Notes: generated by a model from the sequence alone, not told the origin. DNA of 39,242 bases from Cyanobacteria bacterium J06626_4 (GCA_038523235.1 JBCBJQ010000053.1:1-39242); one strand, 5' to 3'; positions 20,294 through 29,052 are shown, counted from the first letter of the stretch. Numbers and translations: made by a program.

Positions 20294-20699
20294 AACGTAG
20301 AGCAGAAGCGTGGACGCTACTTGCGGAAGTACATAAATTAATGAGGTGCAAACAGACGCGTAGTCGCAAGACCCCCATCTTACCGTCCATTAGTTGTGCC
20401 GAAGATTGATCCCCGATCGCGGATGTCGGTTTTCTGATGGGGGGAGTCGTCTGCACGGCGGTAGCTGACTCACCTGCGCTCATCGAGCCGGCTGATTAAA
20501 ATCGCTACAATGCCTGCAGCCCTTCAATTGTGGCCATCGTTCAGCGACCCAGTTTGCCACCCCGGCAACATTGCCCCTCGAAGCTGAGGAACACGCTCAA
20601 GCAACGTTTCTTAAGGAAGTTTTTGGGGCCAGAGCGATCGCGACTGCCCCATTTCGTCCCCCATCCGTGCTGCAAAGAGGGCAACAAAGGTCGTAATTC

Positions 20700-20742
20700 G
20701 TATCATTAGCTACGGTGCAGCACGATTGAGCTTGCTAATAAT
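20700..20742 (+). promoter_or_regulatory. NtcA box plus candidate -10 element for the guanidine operon
   Basis: GTA-TCATTAGC-TAC (20700-20713) is an exact GTA-N8-TAC. TAATAAT lies 22 nt downstream (20736-20742), a typical spacing for an NtcA-activated promoter. Confidence 0.8.
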
Positions 20743-20794
20743 GCCGGTATCTTTCAAGTCACTAAATGCCCCGAGAGTTGGGTTACTAAAGTTA

Positions 20795-20925
20795 TCGGCT
20801 TCTAGGGTTCCGGCTCATTTATCGAATGAGTGGCTGGTCCGAGAGAAGCGGCTGGTCAAACACTGCAGGCTTAGGTTGCTAAGGGCTCAGTTACCAGTAC
20901 ACGGCGGGATAAAAGCCCGGGAGGT
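20795..20925 (+). ncRNA. Guanidine-I (ykkC-yxkD) riboswitch aptamer
   Basis: Signature segments GCTTCTAGGGTTCCG, CTGGTCCGAGAGAAGC and ACACGGCGGGATAAAAGCCCGGGAG, directly upstream of a guanidine hydrolase gene. Confidence 0.95.
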
Positions 20926-20971
20926 TGAGCGGAGATGTCGGCATCTTCGCCCCCTCTCGGGCTTTGTGTTT
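20912..20971 (+). terminator. Riboswitch expression-platform terminator
   Basis: AAAGCCCGGGAGG (aptamer 3' end) can pair with CCTCTCGGGCTTT (about 20953-20965), followed by GTGTTT. Confidence 0.75.
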
Positions 20972-21013
20972 GGGGTTAAAAGTCTGGTAAATGGCATCGC
21001 CTGAGGAGATTTC

Positions 21014-22186
21014 ATGACTGATGAACCCGTATTTCGTCGCCCCAGTGAGGCGAATGAAGCGTTGCAAAAAGAGGCCCGCCTGCCGATGACCGGCTGGCAG
21101 CAAGAAGTTGATCAAGGGCTGGAATATGGCCTAGAAGCGGCGGAGAGCATTCGCGATCGCACCATTCCCACCTTTTCGCGCGGCGAGCTGCCCCATTATG
21201 CGGGCATCAATACCTTCCTCAAAGCGCCCTATGTTGAGGATGTGAGAAAGGTGGGCAATTACGACGTGGCGATCGTTGGGGTACCCCACGACTCCGGTAC
21301 CACCTATCGGCCCGGTACTCGCTTTGGCCCCCAGGGGATTCGCAAAATTTCGGCCCTCTACACGCCCTATAACTTTGAACTGGGGGTCGATTTGCGCGAG
21401 CAGATCACCCTGTGCGACGTCGGCGATATTTTCACCATTCCCGCCAATAACGAAAAATCCTTTGACCAGATTTCTAAAGGGATTGCCCACATTTTTAGTT
21501 CGGGCGCATTTCCGATCATCCTCGGCGGTGACCATTCCATTGGCTTCCCCACCGTGCGCGGCGTCTGTCGGCATCTGGGTGATAAGAAAGTCGGCATCAT
21601 TCACTTCGATCGCCACGTCGATACCCAAGAAACCGACCTCGACGAACGCATGCACACCTGCCCCTGGTTTCATGCGACGAATATGGCCAATGCGCCTGCT
21701 GAAAACTTGGTGCAGCTCGGGATTGGCGGCTGGCAGGTGCCGCGTCAGGGCGTCAAGGTGTGTCGCGAACGAGGCACCAACATCCTCACTGTCACCGACA
21801 TTACGGAAATGGGGTTGGATGCGGCGGCTGATTTTGCCATTGAAAAAGCTACCGACGGCACCGACTGCGTGTGGATTAGCTTCGACATCGACTGCATTGA
21901 CGCGGGTTTCGTCCCTGGCACTGGCTGGCCCGAACCGGGCGGCCTCATGCCCCGCGAAGCCCTTTACCTGCTGAAGCGCATCATTCAAGAAACGCCCGTT
22001 TGCGGCATCGAAGTGGTTGAAGTCTCGCCCCCCTACGACGTCAGTGACATGACGGCGCTGATGGCAACCCGCGTCATCTGCGACACCATGGCCCATCTGG
22101 TCGTTTCGGGCCAACTGCCGCGTCCAGAACCCGCCAGCTACATCCACGCGGCAGCCAATATGAACGTTGATCAGGCGTGGGAGTAG
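21014..22186 (+). CDS. gdmH: Ni-dependent guanidine hydrolase (ureohydrolase/agmatinase family, Sll1077-like)
   Basis: Ureohydrolase motifs GGDHS, HFDRHVD and SFDIDCID. Subfamily features are MHTCPWFH, PGTGWPEPGG and a long N-terminal extension with FSRGELPHYAG. Context is a guanidine riboswitch, hypA/hypB and an ABC transporter. Confidence 0.92.
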   Translation: MTDEPVFRRPSEANEALQKEARLPMTGWQQEVDQGLEYGLEAAESIRDRTIPTFSRGELPHYAGINTFLKAPYVEDVRKVGNYDVAIVGVPHDSGTTYRPGTRFGPQGIRKISALYTPYNFELGVDLREQITLCDVGDIFTIPANNEKSFDQISKGIAHIFSSGAFPIILGGDHSIGFPTVRGVCRHLGDKKVGIIHFDRHVDTQETDLDERMHTCPWFHATNMANAPAENLVQLGIGGWQVPRQGVKVCRERGTNILTVTDITEMGLDAAADFAIEKATDGTDCVWISFDIDCIDAGFVPGTGWPEPGGLMPREALYLLKRIIQETPVCGIEVVEVSPPYDVSDMTALMATRVICDTMAHLVVSGQLPRPEPASYIHAAANMNVDQAWE

Positions 22187-22224
22187 GAGATATGAGGGTG
22201 GCAGGGTGTGAGGGTATGGGGTGG
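22186..22224 (+). repeat. G-rich octamer array (left arm of cassette)
   Basis: GGAGATAT GAGGGTGG CAGGGTGT GAGGGTAT GGGGTGG. Confidence 0.75.
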
Positions 22225-22229
22225 CCGCG

Positions 22230-22612
22230 CTAGTGCATTATCCAGCTGTCAGCATTTTTGACCATGAGGGCCAATTGCCCAAGGACTTTATCGTAGCTGC
22301 GGTAGAGGTTTCTGCCGGTTGCTGGTTCCAAATACTGACATTTAACGGCAAATTCCAGCCAGATTTGGGTCTCCGTTGCTTCGGCCTGACAGTCACTCAA
22401 TTTTGCGATAAATGCTGCCCGATACCGCCGTTTGCGCCATGCCTCGCCCAAATTTGCACACACTGACCGCGAAGAACGTCGCATCTGATCCGTCAACGAA
22501 TATCGTCCTCTACCGGAAATTTTTTAGACGCCTCAAAAATCGCCATTGCCGAGTTGAACGCCGTCTGATACACCTCCAAATCTCGATAAACCCTGACCAG
22601 CGCCTTACCCAT
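22230..22612 (-). pseudogene. Four-helix-bundle protein (TIGR02436 / 23S-IVS-protein family), 1-nt frameshift
   Basis: ATG 22612 gives MGKALVRVYRDLEVYQTAFNSAMAIFEASKKFPVE. One base is missing near 22506, after which it reads RYSLTDQMRRSSRSVCANLGEAWRKRRYRAAFIAKLSDCQAEATETQIWLEFA..C.YL. Total span is 383 nt, one short of 128 codons. Confidence 0.88.
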
Positions 22613-22663
22613 GCATACATCTGCCGATAGATCACCGCCCTCAGCTTTCTCGAGTTCTTGTTC

Positions 22664-22735
22664 TTACCCTCCTACCCATCCACCCTCTTACCCATTTACC
22701 CTCACCCCCCTCCACCCCTAACCCTCCATCTCTCC
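22664..22735 (+). repeat. C-rich octamer array (right arm, complementary to 22186-22224)
   Basis: TTACCCTC CTACCCAT CCACCCTC TTACCCAT TTACCCTC ... TAACCCTC CATCTCTCC. Confidence 0.8.
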
Positions 22736-22742
22736 AACCGCC

Positions 22743-23108
22743 ATGCATGAAACCGACATGACCAAGGCCCTGATGATTACCCTGCGGGACTGGTGGGAAT
22801 CGCAGCCCACCCGCCCGCCGGTCGAGCGGGTGTTTCTGACGGTGGGGCAGTTTACCTGCGTCGAACCCGCCAGTCTGCAGTTTGCTTTTGAGGTGCAGAC
22901 TCGTGACACGTTTTTGGCTGACGCCCAGCTGGTCATTCAAGAAACGCCGCTGATTGCCTTTTGTCATGTCTGTCAGTTGGAATATCGACCCGAGTTTGGT
23001 TTGCGGTATGCCTGCCCCACCTGCCAAGCCCCGATGGATGACATCCGCTCGGGCCGAGAGCTGAAAATTGATCGCGTGGAGTACGCCACAGCGTCTACGC
23101 CGCCCTAG
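22743..23108 (+). CDS. hypA: Nickel chaperone HypA family (GhaA-type)
   Basis: N-terminal MHE, VG.FTCVEP.SLQFAF, two CxxC motifs (CHVC, CPTC), SGREL.I..VE. Confidence 0.95.
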   Translation: MHETDMTKALMITLRDWWESQPTRPPVERVFLTVGQFTCVEPASLQFAFEVQTRDTFLADAQLVIQETPLIAFCHVCQLEYRPEFGLRYACPTCQAPMDDIRSGRELKIDRVEYATASTPP

Positions 23109-23181
23109 GTGCATCGTCGGTGAGCTGTCTCGCGCCGCTGCTCACTTAGCTCCAATCATGTGTCGTTGTCAAACCCTGTTC

Positions 23182-24543
23182 ATGCCAACTGCAACCGTGA
23201 CTGAAATCGCCACCCTCAAGTCTGCTCTAGAGTCACAAGGCGTCAAGTACGCCCTGGCCAGCTATGTCGATATCCACGGCATGTCAAAGGCGAAGATGGT
23301 GCCCTTGAGCCATCTGGAGCAGATGATGCAGGGCTCGGAGCTGTTTACCGGGGCCGCCTTAGACGGGGTGCCGCAAGACATCAGCGATGAAGAAGTGGCC
23401 GCGCTGCCCGACCTGCAATCAGCCACTGTTCTGCCGTGGAATCAGGAGGTGGTGTGGTTTGCCAGTGACTTATACCTGGCGAGTCAGCCCTTTGAGGCGT
23501 GCTGTCGCGGCATCCTCAAACGCATGCTGGAGAAAGTCGCCAGCCTCGGATTCACCTTTAACCTGGGCATTGAGACCGAGTTTTTTGTCTTTCGAGAAGA
23601 TGAATTTCAGGGGTTTGGGCCGGTGAGCGATCGCGACACCCTGGCCAAACCCTGCTACGACCTGACCGGGCTGTTGGATAACTACGGCTGGCTCACCGAA
23701 CTAGTCGAGGCAATGAATCAGCTCGGTTGGGACGTCTATTCCTTTGATCATGAGGATGCCAATGGTCAGTTTGAGACGGATTTTGCCTATACCGACGCGC
23801 TGACGATGAGCGATCGCCTCACCTTCTTTCGGTTGATGACCAAGGAAATTGCGCGCCAGCACGGCTATTTTGCCAGCTTTATGCCGAAACCGTTTGCCAA
23901 CAAGACGGGCAGCGGTGCCCACTACAACATGTCTTTAGCCGATACCGCCACGGGGCGCAATCTGTTTGAAGCAGCTGATGATCCCCGAGGCTGCCACCTC
24001 TCAACCCTGGGTTATCAGTTCATTGCGGGCGTTTTGCGCCATGCCAAAGCCATCTGCGCGGTGACCTGCCCGACGGTCAATAGCTATAAACGGCTCATCC
24101 GCAAAGGCAGCCTGTCCGGCTTTACCTGGGCCCCCGTCTACATCTGCTATGGCAACAACAATCGGACCAATATGCTGCGAATTCCGCTGGCCGGGGGCCG
24201 GGTAGAGTGTCGGGCGGCAGATATTTCTACCAACTTATATTTGGGTGCCGCGATGATCTTGGCAGCAGGCTTAGAGGGCATTCAGCAAGCGCTTGATCCG
24301 GGCGAGCCCCATACCGAAAACATGTACAACTACACGCTGCCCGAACTCGATGCCCTGGGGATTGACCTGCTGCCGCGCACCTTGCAAGAAGCGATCGATG
24401 CCTTTGAGCGCGATCCGCTCAGCGAAGCCGTCATGGGACCTTTGATGTACCGCACCTATGTCGATTTCAAACGTCAAGAATGGGAGGAATATCACACCCA
24501 CATTTCTGACTGGGAATATCAGCGTTATCTGAAATTCTTCTAA
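23182..24543 (+). CDS. glnT: GlnT-type glutamate-amine ligase (gamma-glutamylmethylamide-synthetase-like)
   Basis: GS fold motifs GIETEFF, KPCYD, DHEDANGQFE, FMPKPF...TGSGAH, PTVNSYKRL, TWAP, NNRTNM.R and RVECR. Probable start is ATG 23182. Confidence 0.88.
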   Translation: MPTATVTEIATLKSALESQGVKYALASYVDIHGMSKAKMVPLSHLEQMMQGSELFTGAALDGVPQDISDEEVAALPDLQSATVLPWNQEVVWFASDLYLASQPFEACCRGILKRMLEKVASLGFTFNLGIETEFFVFREDEFQGFGPVSDRDTLAKPCYDLTGLLDNYGWLTELVEAMNQLGWDVYSFDHEDANGQFETDFAYTDALTMSDRLTFFRLMTKEIARQHGYFASFMPKPFANKTGSGAHYNMSLADTATGRNLFEAADDPRGCHLSTLGYQFIAGVLRHAKAICAVTCPTVNSYKRLIRKGSLSGFTWAPVYICYGNNNRTNMLRIPLAGGRVECRAADISTNLYLGAAMILAAGLEGIQQALDPGEPHTENMYNYTLPELDALGIDLLPRTLQEAIDAFERDPLSEAVMGPLMYRTYVDFKRQEWEEYHTHISDWEYQRYLKFF

Positions 24544-24646
24544 TGCCCGTCGCCCCTGCCCCGATCGCCCCAAAAAAGATCCCCAACGCCAAGTACATAT
24601 CGGAATATCCCAAATCTTGCTCCCGCCTTGCCTCGCCTCGCCATTC

Positions 24647-24692
24647 CACCCTCACTCTCCACCCCCAACTCTCTACCCTCTACCCACCCTCC
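24647..24692 (+). repeat. C-rich heptamer repeat just before hypB
   Basis: CACTCTC CACCCCC AACTCTC TACCCTC TACCCAC. Confidence 0.65.
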
Positions 24693-24693
24693 T

Positions 24694-25386
24694 ATGCACC
24701 AAATCATCGACGAAACCCTCGGCATCAACCTGCTCCACGCCAACCAAGCAGGGGCCGACCACAATCGCGCCCATTTCGACGAGTGGGGCATCACCTGTCT
24801 CAACGTGATGAGCAGTCCCGGCGCGGGCAAAACCGTTCTGCTAGAGAAGACCCTAGCAGCGCTGACAGACACCCTCAAAATCGCGGTCATTGAAGGCGAC
24901 ATGACGACCGAACTCGATGCCGATCGCCTGCGCCAGTACAACGTTCCGGTCGTCGCTATCAACACGGGCCGGGCCTGTCACCTCGATGCCCGCATGGTGG
25001 CCGGTGGCTTGCATACCCTGTCACAGACCCATACACCCACCGATTTAGACCTCGTCATTGTCGAAAATGTCGGCAATCTCGTCTGCCCCGCCGAGTTTGA
25101 AGTCGGGGAACACGCCAAGGTCGCCCTGCTGAGCCTTACCGAAGGCGAAGACAAGCCGTTGAAATATCCCGTCATGTTTCGGGAAGCGGATGTGCTTGTG
25201 ATTACAAAAGTTGATCTCGCTCCCTATTTAGATGTGGATCTATCCCGGATCGAGGCAAATGTGCGTGAGATCAATCCCCAGGTCACGATTATTGCCGTCT
25301 CGGCTCAAACAGGAGCCGGGCTAGAGACTTGGTTTGACTGGGTGCGCGCTGCGGTGAAGCCGTCTCAACTGGCGGCGGCTCACTAG
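24694..25386 (+). CDS. hypB: Nickel-insertion GTPase HypB (GhaB-type)
   Basis: [56 protein letters not shown] at 24694. Confidence 0.95.
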   Translation: MHQIIDETLGINLLHANQAGADHNRAHFDEWGITCLNVMSSPGAGKTVLLEKTLAALTDTLKIAVIEGDMTTELDADRLRQYNVPVVAINTGRACHLDARMVAGGLHTLSQTHTPTDLDLVIVENVGNLVCPAEFEVGEHAKVALLSLTEGEDKPLKYPVMFREADVLVITKVDLAPYLDVDLSRIEANVREINPQVTIIAVSAQTGAGLETWFDWVRAAVKPSQLAAAH

Positions 25387-25436
25387 GTGCCGGACTGTGT
25401 GCCGAACTGTCTACTGGTGTTCACTGTTGAGGAAAA

Positions 25437-26486
25437 ATGATGAAACGTCGCACGCTTTTGCCAGTATTGCTGGCTTTCTTCTGTACTTTATTTGTGACCT
25501 TTAGCTGTGCTCAAGAGCCCGCCGACACGGGCGCTGAGGATGCTGCCGCCACGCCCACGGCCCTGAATGAAAAGCCGATTGTGATGGGGTATAGCAGTTG
25601 GGCCGGTTGGTGGCCCTGGGCGATCGCCGAGCAAGAAGGGTTGTTTGAGGCCAATGGCGTCAACGTCGAACTCATCTGGTTTGATGGCTACCTAGAATCG
25701 ATGCAGGCACTGGCATCCGGCCAGCTCGACGCCAACTGTCAAACCCTCAACGACACGATTTCCTTCGCGGGGGAGGCCGTAAACGGGGAAGTGGCCGTCG
25801 TCGTCAACGACAACTCTGCCGGTAACGACAAAGTCGTCGTGGCCGAGGAGATTGAGACGCTGGATGACCTCGTCGGCAAATCGGTCGCGCTAGAAGAAGG
25901 CGTGGTGGGTGACTTTTTGCTCACCCTGGCCCTCGAAGCGGATGGCAAATCCCGTGAAGACGTCACGATCGAAAACCTCGAAACCGGGGCAGCAGCCACC
26001 GCCTTTGCGGCGGGACAAGCCGACGGCTTTGCCGGCTGGGTCCCCTTTTGGGAAACAGCGCTATCGCGGGAAGGCAGCAAGGAAATCGCGAGTTCAGCCG
26101 ACTTTCCGGGAGCGATTCCTGACCTTTTGGTCGTTACCCAAACCCTCATCGACAACGAGCCCGCAGTCGTGCAAGCCCTAGTGAATACTTGGTTCGACAT
26201 CCTGGCCTTTATTGATGACAACCAAGAGCGCGCCTACGAAATCATGGCCGATCGCGCCAGCGTTGAGGCCGAGGATTTTGAGCGGTACCTCGAAGGCACC
26301 CGTTTCTTCACCCTAGAGGACAACTTGGAGGCCTTTTCTCCCGGTGACAGCATGGTGCATATGCCCTATGCCGCTCAAGAAATGTCTGACTTCATGGTGG
26401 GAGTGGGCTTTATTCCAGAAGCGCCTGATCTCGAAGCCGTCCTCGACGATCAGTTTGTCACGGCCTACGCCGACGCCAACGGGTAA
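25437..26486 (+). CDS. ABC transporter substrate-binding lipoprotein (SsuA/NMT1-like), probable guanidine binding
   Basis: Lipobox TFSC, GYSSWAGWWPW.IA...GLF, NDNSAGND, FPGAIPDLLV; located in the riboswitch-controlled operon. Confidence 0.9.
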   Translation: MMKRRTLLPVLLAFFCTLFVTFSCAQEPADTGAEDAAATPTALNEKPIVMGYSSWAGWWPWAIAEQEGLFEANGVNVELIWFDGYLESMQALASGQLDANCQTLNDTISFAGEAVNGEVAVVVNDNSAGNDKVVVAEEIETLDDLVGKSVALEEGVVGDFLLTLALEADGKSREDVTIENLETGAAATAFAAGQADGFAGWVPFWETALSREGSKEIASSADFPGAIPDLLVVTQTLIDNEPAVVQALVNTWFDILAFIDDNQERAYEIMADRASVEAEDFERYLEGTRFFTLEDNLEAFSPGDSMVHMPYAAQEMSDFMVGVGFIPEAPDLEAVLDDQFVTAYADANG

Positions 26487-26494
26487 GTTCCTCA

Positions 26495-26533
26495 AGCGAG
26501 CCGAGGGAGCAAATCGCCTCTCCTCGGCTCGCT
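26495..26533 (+). other. Intergenic stem-loop after the SBP gene (mRNA stabiliser or partial terminator)
   Basis: AGCGAGCCGAGG (26495-26506) pairs perfectly with CCTCGGCTCGCT (26522-26533); there is no long T-tract. Confidence 0.65.
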
Positions 26534-26631
26534 GCCTCAACTTTGCCTGTCGGTTCATCTGAGCCACTGTTAACACCAGCATCTACCAGCATCGGGAAAA
26601 CTCCACCTGCAGCCCTCTTAAAGGTCTTATC

Positions 26632-27480
26632 GTGACTGTTGTATCGCCGTCTTCGACAGGAACTCCCTCCTCTCAGCCGACTCAAAGTCTCAAGCCCACC
26701 GTCTTTTGGCGCATCGCTGCCGACATTCCCCAGTCACTGCAATGGGCCTTGATGGCGCTGTCAGTGCTGGTGCCGCTGGTGCTGTGGTGGGGGCTGTCCA
26801 GCACGGGGTGGGTAGATGCCAAGTTTTTGCCCACACCGGGCATGGTCGTGAGCGCGCTGGTCGTGCTCTGGCAAGACGGCTATTTGCTCGGCGATACGCT
26901 GTCGAGCTTTTTGCGCGTGTCCGGCGGTTTTTTGTTGGCGGCGCTGGTGGCCATCCCCCTTGGCATTGGCATGGGGGCGTTTGCCAGCGTGCGATCGCTG
27001 CTAGAGCCGCTAGTGGGTATCGTGCGCTACATGCCCGCGCCCGCCTTTATTCCCCTGTTGATCATTTATTTGGGCTTGGGTGAGGAACCCAAGGTGGCCC
27101 TGATTTTCATTGGCACCGTGTTTTTTAACACGCTGATGATTATGGATGCCGTCAAGTTTGTGCCCAAAGAACTGATTGAGACCACCTACACGCTAGGGGG
27201 CGATCGCCGTCAGGTGCTGCTGCAGGTGATTACACCCTACGTGATTCCCAGTATTTTTGACACCTTGCGAGTCAACATGGCCGCTTCTTGGAACTTGGTG
27301 ATTGTGGCGGAGTTAGTCGCGGCGGACAGTGGCCTCGGCAAACGCATTGCCATTTCTCAAAAGTTTTTTCAAACCGACGATATTTTTGCCTGCCTGATTG
27401 TTTTAGGGCTGATCGGCTTCATGCTCGACTTATCGCTGCAGGCAGCGATGCGCATGACCTGCAAATGGGCGGTGAAATAG
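26632..27480 (+). CDS. ABC transporter permease (NitT/TauC type)
   Basis: FLPTP, S..RV..GF.LA, RYMPAPAFIPL, ELIETTYTLGG (EAA-like), VIVAELVAA..GLG. Confidence 0.93.
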   Translation: MTVVSPSSTGTPSSQPTQSLKPTVFWRIAADIPQSLQWALMALSVLVPLVLWWGLSSTGWVDAKFLPTPGMVVSALVVLWQDGYLLGDTLSSFLRVSGGFLLAALVAIPLGIGMGAFASVRSLLEPLVGIVRYMPAPAFIPLLIIYLGLGEEPKVALIFIGTVFFNTLMIMDAVKFVPKELIETTYTLGGDRRQVLLQVITPYVIPSIFDTLRVNMAASWNLVIVAELVAADSGLGKRIAISQKFFQTDDIFACLIVLGLIGFMLDLSLQAAMRMTCKWAVK

Positions 27481-27581
27481 ACGCAGCTCCATCCAGCCCA
27501 TGAAGCGGTGATGGGGCCAACCAAGCTCGTCCGCGAATTCTGTTTACGTCTGCCGTCCGATCCACCCATTACCCGGCCAAC

Positions 27582-28355
27582 ATGCACCTCGAAGTTGCTC
27601 AGCTGCACAAACAGTTCGATACGCCTCAAGGGCCGCTCGTCGCCCTCCAAGATATCAACCTGCATGTTGAGACCGGGGAATTTGTCTGTGCCGTTGGGGC
27701 CTCCGGCTCTGGCAAATCCACGCTGCTGCGGCTGGTTGCGGGGCTAGAAATGCCCACCACTGGCGAGATCACCGTAGATGGTCAACCGGTGATTGGGCCC
27801 GGCATCGATCGCGGCATGGTGTTTCAGAGCTACACGCTCTATCCCTGGATGACCGTACAGGAAAATGTCGAATTTGGCCTCAAGCTGCAGGGCATCGCCG
27901 CTCGCCAGCGCCGCGAAGAAGCCTCACGCTATCTCGACGTGGTGGGCTTGGCCCAGTTCGCCCGATCGCTGCCCAAAGAACTCTCGGGTGGCATGAAGCA
28001 GCGAGTGGCGATCGCCCGCGCCCTAGCCAACCATCCCAAAATTCTGCTGATGGATGAACCGTTTGGGGCGCTCGATGTGCAGACCAAAGAGACCATGCAA
28101 GAGTTTTTGCTTGAACTGTGGGCGCGCCTAGGCATCAGCATTTTGATGATCACCCACGATGTGAGCGAAGCGGTATTTTTGTCCGAGCGCATTTATGTGA
28201 TGTCGGCGCGGCCGGGCACGATTCAAAAAGAAGTCAACATTGACCTGGGGCGCGATCGGGCCTATGCCATCCGCCGCACTCCCGAGTTTTATCACTACTG
28301 CGAAACGATTATGGATCTTTTGCGGGGCACCGCGACTGAACCCCTGTCTGCCTAA
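27582..28355 (+). CDS. ABC transporter ATP-binding protein (NitT/TauB type)
   Basis: Walker A GASGSGKST, LSGGMKQR, LLMDEPFGALD, ITHD. Confidence 0.96.
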   Translation: MHLEVAQLHKQFDTPQGPLVALQDINLHVETGEFVCAVGASGSGKSTLLRLVAGLEMPTTGEITVDGQPVIGPGIDRGMVFQSYTLYPWMTVQENVEFGLKLQGIAARQRREEASRYLDVVGLAQFARSLPKELSGGMKQRVAIARALANHPKILLMDEPFGALDVQTKETMQEFLLELWARLGISILMITHDVSEAVFLSERIYVMSARPGTIQKEVNIDLGRDRAYAIRRTPEFYHYCETIMDLLRGTATEPLSA

Positions 28356-28526
28356 TTCCAAGTGCACTCACCATAGCGCTGGCCGCTTGGCAGAGGCCAC
28401 CGAGAAACACTCTGATCCTTCGCGCCTCAGCCAAGTAGCGCGGTCGTCTAGTGGTCTGTCAGTTTTCAATTTGTGGGTTGTTGACTTTCAGAACGATGGC
28501 CATCCGGATTGATTCCTGTCAGGCAA

Positions 28527-28543
28527 ACGGGCAAGATGCCCGT
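28527..28543. repeat. Short palindromic REP-like element
   Basis: ACGGGCA-AGA-TGCCCGT, resembling a dispersed cyanobacterial palindrome. Confidence 0.5.
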
Positions 28544-29024
28544 CCAAACAAGACACCTGCTCTGCAATTTTGAGGACGCACAAATTTAAGCTTGGCTGCA
28601 CTAGTCCTCAACGGGCTAGTGATCGCGCTCAAAGCGACAACCGGTGAGACACAGCAGCAGCGTATCGACTTTCACACCATCCGCTAGAGCCTGTCATGAT
28701 CGAGATAATGCGGAGACTAATCCTCCTTGGGGATGATTGCCGTGATGCAGGCAACCGGGGAGACTATAGCAGTTAGGCCATAAAAGACCACTGCTCATCG
28801 GCGATCTAGCTCGACTCTTTTCCCTCAATTGATGGGCTTAGAAATCCCTATCAGCAATGCTGTAGGCATTACCCCTGGGGCATTTCCACCATTCAGGCGA
28901 CTGTTGCGACGGTGCCAAACAGAACACAAAGAAAGGGAGAAAGCGTTAAACCAGGGGGTAATGGGATCGAACTGCCTCGATTGGGATCATCTCTATACGC
29001 ACAAGCGTGGCTTTTCAATACATG

Positions 29025-29052
29025 CTTTTAAGAAATCGTAATGATTTGTTAT
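29025..29052 (-). promoter_or_regulatory. Degenerate HLR1 (RpaB)-like direct repeats upstream of ocp
   Basis: The minus strand reads ATAACAAA-tc-ATTACGAT-tt-CTTAAAAG with a 10-nt period, versus consensus (G/T)TTACA(T/A)(T/A). Confidence 0.4.

Noticed and set aside
21131..22147. 338-aa antisense ORF and 232-aa alternative-frame ORF over gdmH
   Set aside because: These are shadow ORFs of a GC3-biased gene with no recognisable motifs.
21014..22186. Annotation as ordinary agmatinase (speB), and of hypA/hypB as hydrogenase maturation genes
   Set aside because: The riboswitch, subfamily motifs and absence of hydrogenase genes point to a Ni-dependent guanidine hydrolase with dedicated chaperones.
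24544..24640. Possible second four-helix-bundle remnant between glnT and hypB
   Set aside because: Only a short DLGY-like resemblance on the minus strand, which is insufficient evidence.
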